Shown: one piece after another, positions 46,003 to 55,378 of the stretch | Numbering within the stretch: the stretch's first letter is position 1 | Layout of the letters: every line of letters begins with the position of its first letter | IMG/VR virus record: IMGVR_UViG_3300012979_000037 | Location: 1 to 64,000 of that record | Source of the DNA: a virus | Length of the DNA stretch: 64,000 nt | Reading direction: 5' to 3' (one strand) | Position numbers and translations under genes: made by a program | The notes under the pieces: generated by a model | Databases searched by the model: none | The model's input: only the letters and a program-made list of their open reading frames with translations | Told to the model about the DNA's origin: nothing

Positions 46003-46371
46003 ATGAAGAAAGAACAATATCCACTATATGTGGTAAATGAAGAGAAGAAAGCAATTTCTTGCAAAATTAAAACTAAAGGAGAATTTTTTATAGGTGTAGC
46101 GAAATGCTGCGACGAGGATACATTTGATATTCAACGAGGTAAAGACATCGCATATAATCGTTGTCGATTGGAGATTAATAAATATGTCCTCAATCAAGAC
46201 ATTGTTGTAAGGGACACCATTCAAGACATTATTCGTCAATACGATGGCATGGGGCTTTCAAAACAATGTAATAAGGCTTGGTATGATTATTTAGAGGATA
46301 TCAAACGCCGTATTAAAGTACGTAAAGCTATTATCTACCATACTGAACAAAAAATTAAAGAACTTTTGTAA
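46003..46371 (+). CDS. hypothetical protein
   Basis: 122-aa ORF. Confidence 0.45.
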   Translation: MKKEQYPLYVVNEEKKAISCKIKTKGEFFIGVAKCCDEDTFDIQRGKDIAYNRCRLEINKYVLNQDIVVRDTIQDIIRQYDGMGLSKQCNKAWYDYLEDIKRRIKVRKAIIYHTEQKIKELL

Positions 46372-46511
46372 TTTATATATAGCAATATCTCCATTGGATG
46401 TTGAGTATATGGTAGATAACGAATTAAAAAGTCCATCAAGAAATACAATATCAAAGTTACTGAATTGACCAGTGGCGTAGAAGATGGAATTAAACAAATA
46501 TATCGAACACA

Positions 46512-46934
46512 ATGATTAAAAGAGAATTGAAAAACGTAAAAGTGGATGATTTAATCCCATATGAAGCCAACCCACGTAGAAATAACAAATCTGCAAAAAT
46601 CGTAGCAAAATCAATTGAAGCGTATGGATATATAAATCCAATTCTAGTGACAGATAAAAATATCATCCTCGCTGGACATACTCGTCTTAAAGCACTTAAA
46701 CTTTTAGGTATCGAAGAGGTGGAAGTTTTAGTTATTTCTGGTTTGAGTGATGAACAAATCCACGGTTTTGTAATTGCGGATAACAGGGTAGGAGAATATT
46801 CTAGATGGAATTATGCGGCAGTTGATCGCATGATGGCTGGTGTTTCAAAAGATGATAAATTACTAAAAGAGCTTGGTATGAGTTCGTTTGTTGATAATAA
46901 AAAAGATTTGGAGGATTTGATTAATGGAAACTAA
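46512..46934 (+). CDS. ParB-like nuclease domain protein (mini DpdB-like partner of DpdA)
   Basis: LIPYEANPRRNN...LAGHTRLKALKLLG is the ParB N-terminal domain signature; overlaps the DpdA start. Confidence 0.55.
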   Translation: MIKRELKNVKVDDLIPYEANPRRNNKSAKIVAKSIEAYGYINPILVTDKNIILAGHTRLKALKLLGIEEVEVLVISGLSDEQIHGFVIADNRVGEYSRWNYAAVDRMMAGVSKDDKLLKELGMSSFVDNKKDLEDLINGN

Positions 46935-47790
46935 TAATGAACATAAATTAGTATATGGTTTAGGTGGAGGCTTAGTTTATTCTTGTGGTAGTAAAGGTAA
47001 ATGGAAACAAGTTCTACCAAAACTCTTGGCTTCGATCGATAATTGTGTATTGATTTCGACAGTTGATATGCCAAAAATCGCGGCTCAATTTATTGAACAA
47101 TGTGTTGGTGCAGATCGTTTATATATAGACTCTGGTGGTTTTACATTATATAAACAACAAAACAAACTAGGTGCAGATAATCCAGAGTTCCATAAGGAAT
47201 GTGAAAGAATGAAAAATAAATTTCTCAACCTTCTTAAAAGCACTAAATGTTGTGAATGTTTCGAGCTCGATAATGAATATTTCCGTCACGATGAAGATCT
47301 AATGTCACCAAAAAATTATTGCCGCGAGGAAGTAAAAGCAATTACCGGGTTCTATCCTACACCAGTATTCAAAATGCATCAAGGTTTCGAATATTGGAAG
47401 CGCCTCTGTGAGAGTGATATGTATGATAAACTGGCGATTGGTGGTTTAGCTATGACAAAAGATTGGGGTAAGTATAGTGATGAATTCCGTAAAATGATGA
47501 ACTATGCTCGTGATTGTGGTAAAAAGGTCCATTTGCTTGGATGCCAAAATGTGGATACTTTTAAAACGGTTAAACCAGATACCATCGATTACTCTATATT
47601 TCAATACGCCATCAACTTAGCTCATGCGAAAAAGGAACATCCTGAATTGGAAACTTATGAGGACTTGAAAATTCATGCAGTTTTGTATGCATTTGCCCGA
47701 GCAAAATCGCGTAGTTTCTTATATGATCATTTTATAGAGGGTGAAGATGACGAATTAGAAATAATTAATGAAAATTATAAAGAAATATAA
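46924..47790 (+). CDS. dpdA: DpdA-like DNA-guanine transglycosylase (TGT superfamily)
   Basis: LYIDSGGFTLYKQ parallels TGT LTDSGGFQ; LAIGGLAMTKDW parallels TGT AVGGLAVGE; no zinc-binding subdomain, as in phage DpdA. Confidence 0.55.
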   Translation: METNNEHKLVYGLGGGLVYSCGSKGKWKQVLPKLLASIDNCVLISTVDMPKIAAQFIEQCVGADRLYIDSGGFTLYKQQNKLGADNPEFHKECERMKNKFLNLLKSTKCCECFELDNEYFRHDEDLMSPKNYCREEVKAITGFYPTPVFKMHQGFEYWKRLCESDMYDKLAIGGLAMTKDWGKYSDEFRKMMNYARDCGKKVHLLGCQNVDTFKTVKPDTIDYSIFQYAINLAHAKKEHPELETYEDLKIHAVLYAFARAKSRSFLYDHFIEGEDDELEIINENYKEI

Positions 47791-47830
47791 TAAATTATAT
47801 ATTTTATATTAAATTTAAACTGTAAAGAAT

Positions 47831-48787
47831 ATGAATAATGAAATTAAAGTAAAAGATTTAAAGAGAGAGTATGATAGTACGTTTGCTCCATCTCAAGAGT
47901 ATTTAGATTCAATGCCTGATCTTCAAAATAGTGACTTTGTAGGTATTCCAATTGATTTTGTGGGTATTCATAACTTCCACTTACCAATCCGTATCAAAGA
48001 AAAGAGCGGAGATACCCAAGAAGTGATGGCTAGTATTACAGGTACAGTGTCTTTGGATGCTTCTAATCGAGGAATTAATATGTCCCGTATTATTCGTACA
48101 TTCTATAAATCAAAAGATGATATTTTTGATATTAATAAATTGGAGGAGGTATTGAGAAACTATCAAAAGGATTTGAAGACGTTTGATGCTCACCTTCTTA
48201 TGAATTTTAAATATCGTATTTGGCAAGACGCTCTTCGTAGTGTTAAAGAAGATGGTACTCCAGAAGGTGGTTGGCAATATTATAATATTACATTTGATTG
48301 CAATTTAGATCATAATGGAGAATTTAAAAAGATTATGTGGATGGATTACGTTTATAGTTCGGCTTGCCCTTGTAGTACAGCTCTTTCTGAACACGCTGCT
48401 TTAACTCGAGGTGTATATGGTATTCCTCACTCACAACGTTCTATTGCAAGAATTGGCATAGAATTTGATGAGTTGCTTTGGATCGAGGATATATTAGATA
48501 TGTGTAATCGAGCTCTTACAACTGAAACATTAGTATTCTGTAAGAGACAAGATGAACAAAGTTTTGCCGAGAAAAATGGAGCTCAACCTAAATTTGTAGA
48601 AGATGCTATACGATATATGGCTAATGAATTGAATACTGATCAACGAGTATTAGATTATAAAGTAATTTGTTCTCACCAGGAAAGTTTACATAGTCATGAG
48701 GCGGTCGCTGTTATTACAAAGGGGTTAAAAAATTCAGTATTCAATCATCACGTAACTCTTGGAGAGTGGCATAGTATGAAGGTATAG
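47831..48787 (+). CDS. folE2: GTP cyclohydrolase I type 2 (FolE2 / GCYH-IB)
   Basis: PDLQ...VGIPIDFVGI...RGINMSRII matches the FolE2/MptA family; 318 aa. Confidence 0.65.
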   Translation: MNNEIKVKDLKREYDSTFAPSQEYLDSMPDLQNSDFVGIPIDFVGIHNFHLPIRIKEKSGDTQEVMASITGTVSLDASNRGINMSRIIRTFYKSKDDIFDINKLEEVLRNYQKDLKTFDAHLLMNFKYRIWQDALRSVKEDGTPEGGWQYYNITFDCNLDHNGEFKKIMWMDYVYSSACPCSTALSEHAALTRGVYGIPHSQRSIARIGIEFDELLWIEDILDMCNRALTTETLVFCKRQDEQSFAEKNGAQPKFVEDAIRYMANELNTDQRVLDYKVICSHQESLHSHEAVAVITKGLKNSVFNHHVTLGEWHSMKV

Positions 48788-48832
48788 TATTGTAAACGAA
48801 GACTTTATAAATTCAATAATAATATTTAAAAA

Positions 48833-49981
48833 ATGCAATGTATTCTTTTATTATATAAACATAAAGATACATTGCATTTACTTATGAATATTATGAATAG
48901 TAGAAATTATAAATATCATTACTTTTATCGGATAATTAATAAAAATACAAATCAATATTATTTCGGAATACATAGCACAAATAATCTCAATGATAATTAT
49001 ATGGGCTCAGGAACGTTCCTGAAAAAAGAATATAGAGAACATGGTAAAGAGAATTTTATAAAAGAAATTTTAAAATTTTTCGACGATAGAAAAACTCTAT
49101 TGGAATATGAAAAAAAGATAGTTAATGAAGATATTTTATCAGATCCCCTATGTTTAAATATAGCGAAGGGTGGCGTAACTTCTTCAGAGGAACATTTTAC
49201 CACAGGATTAGTGACTGTGCGTGATATTCATGGAAATTGTTTTGATGTGAAAAAAAACGATCCACGATACTTATCCGGAGAATTACAATCTGTGAATAAG
49301 AATATGGTAACAGTGCGGGATAAATTTGGTAAAACATTTAAAGTTAGTATAGATGATCCCCGATATACATCAGGTGAATTAATTATAATATCAAAAGGTA
49401 ATAAAGGAATAACTGGAAGGATTGCTGTATCTAAAGCTGGTCAAAATAAATTCATATTGAAAGAAGAGTTAAATGAGTATATTTCGAACGGGTGGGTTCG
49501 CAATTCAATTCAAAAAGGCAGAATAAGTCCAACTAAAAATAAAGTGTGGATATATAAAGATAATGTAATGAAATGTGTAGATAAAAATAACGTGTCTAAA
49601 TATATAAATGATGGTTGGAAAAAAGGTCGTTTAGTCAATGCATTAAAAGGTCAAATAGGAATAATGAAGGATGGTGTATCAAAATATATAAAACGCGATG
49701 AATTAAATCAATATATTTCAGATGGGTGGAGACTGGGAATGAAAACACGAAATAAAGGGAAAATCACAGTATATGATGATTCCGGTAAAATATTTCACAT
49801 AACAAAAGATGATTCGCGGTGGATAAATAAGGAAGTTAAATTAATACAATTTAAAAACGGATCACCAGCAAAAGGACTAATATATATAAATAAAAATAAT
49901 AATATTAAAAGGGTGAAACCTGACGTATTACAAGAATATTTAAATAATGGCTGGAGTAAAGGGATGAAATCCAAAAATTAA
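48833..49981 (+). CDS. GIY-YIG homing endonuclease (Seg-like) with repeated DNA-binding modules
   Basis: KYHYFYRIINKNTNQYYFGIHST...YMGSG is the GIY-YIG motif (start probably at Met 48887 or 48896). It is followed by repeated VTVRD..G..F.V...DPRY.SGEL and (N/S)DGW(K/R).G(R/M) modules. Confidence 0.65.
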   Translation: MQCILLLYKHKDTLHLLMNIMNSRNYKYHYFYRIINKNTNQYYFGIHSTNNLNDNYMGSGTFLKKEYREHGKENFIKEILKFFDDRKTLLEYEKKIVNEDILSDPLCLNIAKGGVTSSEEHFTTGLVTVRDIHGNCFDVKKNDPRYLSGELQSVNKNMVTVRDKFGKTFKVSIDDPRYTSGELIIISKGNKGITGRIAVSKAGQNKFILKEELNEYISNGWVRNSIQKGRISPTKNKVWIYKDNVMKCVDKNNVSKYINDGWKKGRLVNALKGQIGIMKDGVSKYIKRDELNQYISDGWRLGMKTRNKGKITVYDDSGKIFHITKDDSRWINKEVKLIQFKNGSPAKGLIYINKNNNIKRVKPDVLQEYLNNGWSKGMKSKN

Positions 49982-50114
49982 ATATCATCATGTAACTCTT
50001 GGAGAGTGGCAGAGTATGATGGTATAAAGTTTTTATATAATATTTCACAATCAAAAGAGATTTCTTTTAAAGAAGTCTCTTTTGTTCTTTATTTTTATAT
50101 AAAAATATGTTTAT

Positions 50115-50396
50115 ATGAATCCAATCGGAACATTAATAGAATATTTGGTTAATCCAGATAATATGTTTTACCCTTACGGATATTTAGTATGCAATGGAAA
50201 TAGTATTTTTGAAGATGACTATCCAGAATTATTTTATCACTTAAATAATGATCCTAATGTATATGAAGTATCATTACCAAATATTGATATAAAGAAGGTA
50301 GGAAATTTTGAAATTCACACTCTTATTAAAGCGTTTGATGAGAGTAGTAGTGATGACCTTCAAATAGGTGATGGAGAATTTATTATTTCACAATGA
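50115..50396 (+). CDS. hypothetical protein
   Basis: 93-aa ORF. Confidence 0.45.
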   Translation: MNPIGTLIEYLVNPDNMFYPYGYLVCNGNSIFEDDYPELFYHLNNDPNVYEVSLPNIDIKKVGNFEIHTLIKAFDESSSDDLQIGDGEFIISQ

Positions 50397-51553
50397 GAAA
50401 AATTAACAATATCATTATAGCTTCTTCTCCGTATAGTACAATAGAGGAAACCCGTCAATACGACTTAAGTTGCAATTGCAGTAATATATTAGGTCACTAT
50501 TTCATTGACGATGAAGGAAATATTTTAGATTGTTTGGATCACTCTATTGCTTTGCGATATGAAGATAAGTTATTCGAAAAATCCATATTTATAAGAATAT
50601 ATATAAAAGACAGAGAGTCTGGGTCTATATTTGGTAATTTAAAAGAAAATCAAATTAGATCCACATACGCTCTCTTATATACATTATATACAAAATATGG
50701 TAATTTAACCATATATAATGGCTCATTATTAGGTGAGCAATACGATACAAAAATGTACTTTAATCTCTGCTTTAATAATTTAGAGATTTTATTCAAAATG
50801 TGTGACAACTCCACAAAGAAGTTTAGAGAGATTAAAGAAGATATTAGATTGACCAGAGAAGAGGCACAAGACGCAATTGACAAAGGATTATTTAAATGCA
50901 AAGAAGATATTTTAAAGTCTAAATACTACAATTTATATAATGTAGGTATTAAGAGATATAAGAATATTATTAATACACACATAAATAATCCAAAAGAACT
51001 AATAGAGATACGTCCAGAAAAACACTTATTTATTCACAATGAATATATACATATTAGCGTTTATGAAGATATAATTAAACGTTGTAATCAATGTAATATA
51101 GAACCTTGGTTGATGTTTGAAACTCTATATAGAGAAACATCATATATAAAAGGAAATAATGGCGTATTGAGTGATAAAATATTGGTGTATAAAAATGGTA
51201 AAAAATATATGCCAATTATAAATGCTTTTAAGTGTTGGTCTCTCATCAAAGAAACGTACCCTTCTAGTAAAACTATAAATATGATTAAAAATTTACAAGA
51301 TAAACAAAATCTCACCAAAGAGGAGTTAATAGACTTTTTAACAGCTTATATGTTATTGAGTAAAGAAACTAGAACAATAAAGGATTACGACTCCAATAAA
51401 ATAATGGAGTTAATATATGAAAAGATAATAAATGGTATATACATTTGTGGGGAGAATTATGTAAATAATGGACACCAAATAAATATGAGGAATCTTTTTT
51501 ATTTCTTTTTCGGAATAAATTTAAAACATCCTTTAGAATTAAACAATTACTAA
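50393..51553 (+). CDS. hypothetical protein
   Basis: 386-aa ORF. Confidence 0.55.
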   Translation: MRKINNIIIASSPYSTIEETRQYDLSCNCSNILGHYFIDDEGNILDCLDHSIALRYEDKLFEKSIFIRIYIKDRESGSIFGNLKENQIRSTYALLYTLYTKYGNLTIYNGSLLGEQYDTKMYFNLCFNNLEILFKMCDNSTKKFREIKEDIRLTREEAQDAIDKGLFKCKEDILKSKYYNLYNVGIKRYKNIINTHINNPKELIEIRPEKHLFIHNEYIHISVYEDIIKRCNQCNIEPWLMFETLYRETSYIKGNNGVLSDKILVYKNGKKYMPIINAFKCWSLIKETYPSSKTINMIKNLQDKQNLTKEELIDFLTAYMLLSKETRTIKDYDSNKIMELIYEKIINGIYICGENYVNNGHQINMRNLFYFFFGINLKHPLELNNY

Positions 51554-52269
51554 TGACAATAAAGAGAATTTTTGAAGTTACTAAAAACTATATGACTAGA
51601 CATTTCTTTAAGAATACTAATTATACAAAGCCGTTCTTATTAGATATGTCTAGTATGAAGTTATCTAAAATAGATTCAAGTATTGATGACGAGTATATAG
51701 AAAGTATATTATTTTGTGACTTTCATGAAACCAAATCTATTGCTTACGGAGAAGCTAAACGATTTAAAAATAATCCAGAATTGTTAATCACTGATCATAA
51801 TATACCAGCTAAAAATTTCAAGTTTTGGTATGGTGTAAAAAATAATAAATTGGTAGTCAACGAGTTATATAATTTTGAAGACGAGGATGTGGTTATTCCT
51901 GTAAGAAATTTAAAGAGTATTATCGATAAACCCTTTTACGAACTCAAAGTAATTAAAGGAGTATTGAAATTATTTAATGGGGAACAATATATAGATTTAC
52001 CATATGAACAAACGCACAATAATATAGGTAAGTGTGCATTAATATCCAAAGAAGGATATTCAATGTTTGTTTATGGTATAAATTATAATCACAAAGAAGA
52101 AATAAATAAAATAAATGAATTTCTAAAAGATCATCCATCATACCCTATATTAGTGGATAATGGTAGATATATGTTTTACTTTATTGGAGAAGACACCACC
52201 AAGGAAGCTTTTCTATGTGGAGGTTTCGCTAACATTGATGATATGTTCGTAGTAGGTTCAATAAAGTAG
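51553..52269 (+). CDS. hypothetical protein
   Basis: 238-aa ORF. Confidence 0.5.
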   Translation: MTIKRIFEVTKNYMTRHFFKNTNYTKPFLLDMSSMKLSKIDSSIDDEYIESILFCDFHETKSIAYGEAKRFKNNPELLITDHNIPAKNFKFWYGVKNNKLVVNELYNFEDEDVVIPVRNLKSIIDKPFYELKVIKGVLKLFNGEQYIDLPYEQTHNNIGKCALISKEGYSMFVYGINYNHKEEINKINEFLKDHPSYPILVDNGRYMFYFIGEDTTKEAFLCGGFANIDDMFVVGSIK

Positions 52270-52273
52270 AATT

Positions 52274-53239
52274 ATGAAAATAGTAGGATATATATTACCC
52301 AATAGTCAATTACCTAACCCTTTTTTATTAACTCATATAAATTTTTCTTTTGGTGAGATTTATATGAAGAATAATGTTTATCAAAAAATTGGTATACATG
52401 GAGGATGTAGTGAGTTAAAAAGAGTAGTAGATTTAAAGAATGAAAACCCAAACCTCAAAGTATTGCTTTCAATTACAAGTTTAGTTGAATTAGATGATAA
52501 TAAGAGAGATGGTGGATTTTCTCAATTGTGTCAAGATTCGTATCAACGCCAATTATTTATAATGGATTGTTTGGAGTTATGCAATAAGTTTAATTTAGAT
52601 GGGATTGATTTGGATTGGGAATTTCCAACACTTAATTGGAGTAATCAAACGCCTTTACCTAATGATATTGAAAATTATACTCTTTTAGTAAAAGAAATGA
52701 GAAGTATTTTTAAAGATAAATTGATTACTATAGCTACCCACGTAAATGCTAAATATATGAATATACGTGAATTAGAAAAATATGTAGATTTTTTCAACGT
52801 AATGTGTTACGATTTAGGTGAAGGAGAAAAGTTACAGTACCATAATGCTATAGATAATCAATGCTTTAATATTAAGGATTCTATTAAAATATATAAAAAC
52901 ATATTGAAAGACTCGAACAAGTATGTAATGGGAATCCCTCTTTATATTAGATATAATTACAAATCTGAGAATAGATATTTGCCTATTAATAAAGTAGACT
53001 TTTCAAATCCAAAGTATATAATTAAAAAAGATAATACAATACCATTTTTATATGAAAAAAGAAATGGCGTTTATAAACCAATAGGATCTTTTGAAGATAA
53101 GGATTCAATTGACATTAAATCCTGTATTGTTAGAAGTAATGATTTAGGTGGTTTTATGATATGGAATTTAGCACACGACATTGACTGCAAATATTTAATA
53201 ATGATTAATAATTCTCTTATTATAAAAGAAAACATATAA
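52274..53239 (+). CDS. glycoside hydrolase family 18 (chitinase-like) protein
   Basis: FNLDGIDLDWEFP is the GH18 catalytic DxxDxDxE motif; NLKVLLSI upstream. Confidence 0.65.
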   Translation: MKIVGYILPNSQLPNPFLLTHINFSFGEIYMKNNVYQKIGIHGGCSELKRVVDLKNENPNLKVLLSITSLVELDDNKRDGGFSQLCQDSYQRQLFIMDCLELCNKFNLDGIDLDWEFPTLNWSNQTPLPNDIENYTLLVKEMRSIFKDKLITIATHVNAKYMNIRELEKYVDFFNVMCYDLGEGEKLQYHNAIDNQCFNIKDSIKIYKNILKDSNKYVMGIPLYIRYNYKSENRYLPINKVDFSNPKYIIKKDNTIPFLYEKRNGVYKPIGSFEDKDSIDIKSCIVRSNDLGGFMIWNLAHDIDCKYLIMINNSLIIKENI

Positions 53240-53240
53240 A

Positions 53241-53381
53241 ATGGCAAAGATAATTACAAGTGCTGTAAAATATACCGGTGGCGCGAAAATAAGTCGTCCA
53301 GGAGTACACGCAAAGTCAAAAACATCTCATCTTAAATCATCTAAAAATTATAAAAAAGCCTATAGAGGTCAAGGTAGATAA
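53241..53381 (+). CDS. small highly basic protein (46 aa; not in the ORF track)
   Basis: MAKIITSAVKYTGGAKISRPGVHAKSKTSHLKSSKNYKKAYRGQGR; the ATG follows the GH18 stop directly (TAAAATG). Confidence 0.3.
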   Translation: MAKIITSAVKYTGGAKISRPGVHAKSKTSHLKSSKNYKKAYRGQGR

Positions 53382-53386
53382 TTAAT

Positions 53387-53719
53387 ATGAAAACAATATT
53401 ACAATATATTAGTGAAAGTCTAAATCAAATAAAATCTATTAAAGATTTAGAAAAATTTATATCGAGGTTTCCAGATAATGCTACATCTTGGAGATATGCT
53501 AATGATGAAATTCGAGATATTTGTAAAACATTGAGAGAATACCTTAAAGAGTATGATAATATAGATGTAGAACCATTGGATTACAAATCATTCAAGACTC
53601 CTTCAGAATGGAATATTAATTCTAAAGATTTTATTAGAGTTAACATAAAAAAATTATCTAAAAATACATTAGAAAGATTTTTAAAGGATCTTGATGAAAC
53701 ATTCTGCCATAATGAATAA
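53387..53719 (+). CDS. hypothetical protein
   Basis: 110-aa ORF. Confidence 0.5.
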   Translation: MKTILQYISESLNQIKSIKDLEKFISRFPDNATSWRYANDEIRDICKTLREYLKEYDNIDVEPLDYKSFKTPSEWNINSKDFIRVNIKKLSKNTLERFLKDLDETFCHNE

Positions 53720-53759
53720 TAATTCACATAGTTTTTTCATAGTTTTAAGTTTTGTTTCG

Positions 53760-53812
53760 AAAACTTCAAGGAACATAAAGTTTCTTGAAGTTTTTTATAT
53801 ATTTATATATAG
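53760..53812 (+). promoter_or_regulatory. Terminator-like hairpin followed by the recurrent promoter-like motif
   Basis: aacttcaag-gaacataaagtttc-cttgaagtt stem with T5, then tatatatttatatata. Confidence 0.4.
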
Positions 53813-53961
53813 TTTTATAAAGTAACTTGAAAACTTTGATTTAAACAGTTCAAATGCTTATATAATACATTTTATTAAATAAGTAAAGATCTCTTTGTAA
53901 ATCGAATAAAAATAGTGTTTAAATTGAAATTAAATAATAAGGCAGATAAAATATAATTAAT

Positions 53962-54786
53962 ATGATTACAAATTGTGAATTACCAAATTCTCTTTTAAAT
54001 TATAATATGGAGTTAAATGATTATGACTTTGTATTATTTCATTTGTTGAAAGATAATAGTGAATATAGAGAATACTATTATAATATGCGTAGAACTCATC
54101 CAGAACGATTGATGATTCTAGATAATTCAGCATATGAATTTTTTGTGAAGGGAGAAGAATTGGATTTAGATGAGTTTAAATATTATATTGAGGACTTACA
54201 ACCTGATTATTATATCTTACCAGATAAGTTGATGGATCATGATAAGACCATTGAAATGGTTGATGAGTTTATTAAAACATATAATATGGAATCTAAAAAT
54301 ATTTTCAATCCTAAACCTTTGGCTGTAGCTCAAGGAAATACTAGTGAGGAATTAATTGATTGTCTTTTGAAGTATAAAAGTTTAAATATAGATTATGTTG
54401 GTATACCATTTCATTTAAGTTTTTATAAAACATATAATATATTAGATGAAGTATCTCATGAGTTCCTAACAACGTATGAAGAATGTAATGAAGATCTTTT
54501 ATATGCAATGGGGCGAGTGAGTTGGATTAAAGATCATAAACATATTTTAAGTTTATTTGACAAAGTTCATTTATTGGGATCTCATTGTCCTTTAGAAAAA
54601 TTGTTTTATAAAGATTTATATAGTATGGATACTGGATATCCAGTTAAGTTAGGTATAGTTGAAACTAAGTTGTTTGAAGAAAAACAAAAACCTAACGTTA
54701 TTATTGATGAGTTTTTGGATAAAGAATTGAATGAAAATCAAATAAGTTTAATCAAAGAAAATATTAATATCTTTAAAAATATATGA
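53962..54786 (+). CDS. hypothetical protein (possible distant TGT/TIM-barrel fold)
   Basis: 274 aa; weak resemblance to the DpdA/TGT region (LMILDNSAYEFF...PLAVAQGNTSEE) only. Confidence 0.4.
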   Translation: MITNCELPNSLLNYNMELNDYDFVLFHLLKDNSEYREYYYNMRRTHPERLMILDNSAYEFFVKGEELDLDEFKYYIEDLQPDYYILPDKLMDHDKTIEMVDEFIKTYNMESKNIFNPKPLAVAQGNTSEELIDCLLKYKSLNIDYVGIPFHLSFYKTYNILDEVSHEFLTTYEECNEDLLYAMGRVSWIKDHKHILSLFDKVHLLGSHCPLEKLFYKDLYSMDTGYPVKLGIVETKLFEEKQKPNVIIDEFLDKELNENQISLIKENINIFKNI

Positions 54787-55325
54787 GCAAAATTTTTATA
54801 AATTTAGTAGGTACTCAAGGTACAGGAAAGACCACGATTTTAAAATTGATGGAATCTGAAATGAAGTTTAATATCATTACTGAAGTTGTTCGTAAATTGA
54901 ATAAAACTGGAGTAAATATTAATGAATCTGGTAACGATGAAGGACAGCAGATCATATTCAAGACTTATGTAGATACTTTTAATAATATCGATAATGAATT
55001 GAATTGGGTGAGTGATCGAGGTTTGATAGATGTTGTGTCTTATACTAAATACTTATATGATCATGGAAATGTAAGTAAACAGGTGTATGAAGAACAATTA
55101 GCTTTTTTGAATGATTGGTATAAAACTCATAAAGTTATTATTTGTTACTTCCCAATTGAGTTTGATGTTGTTAATGATGGCGTAAGATCTGTAAATGAGG
55201 AGTTTAGAAAAGAGGTGGATAATAATATCCGTTGGATTCTAAATGAGTTGCAAATAGATCATTATATTATAGAAGGAAGTGTTTACGACCGTTTGGAACT
55301 TATGAAAGCAATTACAGAGTTTTAA
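54783..55325 (+). CDS. P-loop NTPase / nucleotide kinase-like protein
   Basis: Walker A NLVGTQGTGKTTILKLM. Confidence 0.5.
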   Translation: MSKIFINLVGTQGTGKTTILKLMESEMKFNIITEVVRKLNKTGVNINESGNDEGQQIIFKTYVDTFNNIDNELNWVSDRGLIDVVSYTKYLYDHGNVSKQVYEEQLAFLNDWYKTHKVIICYFPIEFDVVNDGVRSVNEEFRKEVDNNIRWILNELQIDHYIIEGSVYDRLELMKAITEF

Positions 55326-55351
55326 ATAATAACATCATATAAAATACAGAA

Positions 55352-55378
55352 AAGGAGCTTTAATGCTCCTTTTCTTTT
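55352..55378. terminator. bidirectional rho-independent terminator
   Basis: Sequence aaaggagctttaatgctccttttctttt between convergent genes. Confidence 0.55.
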
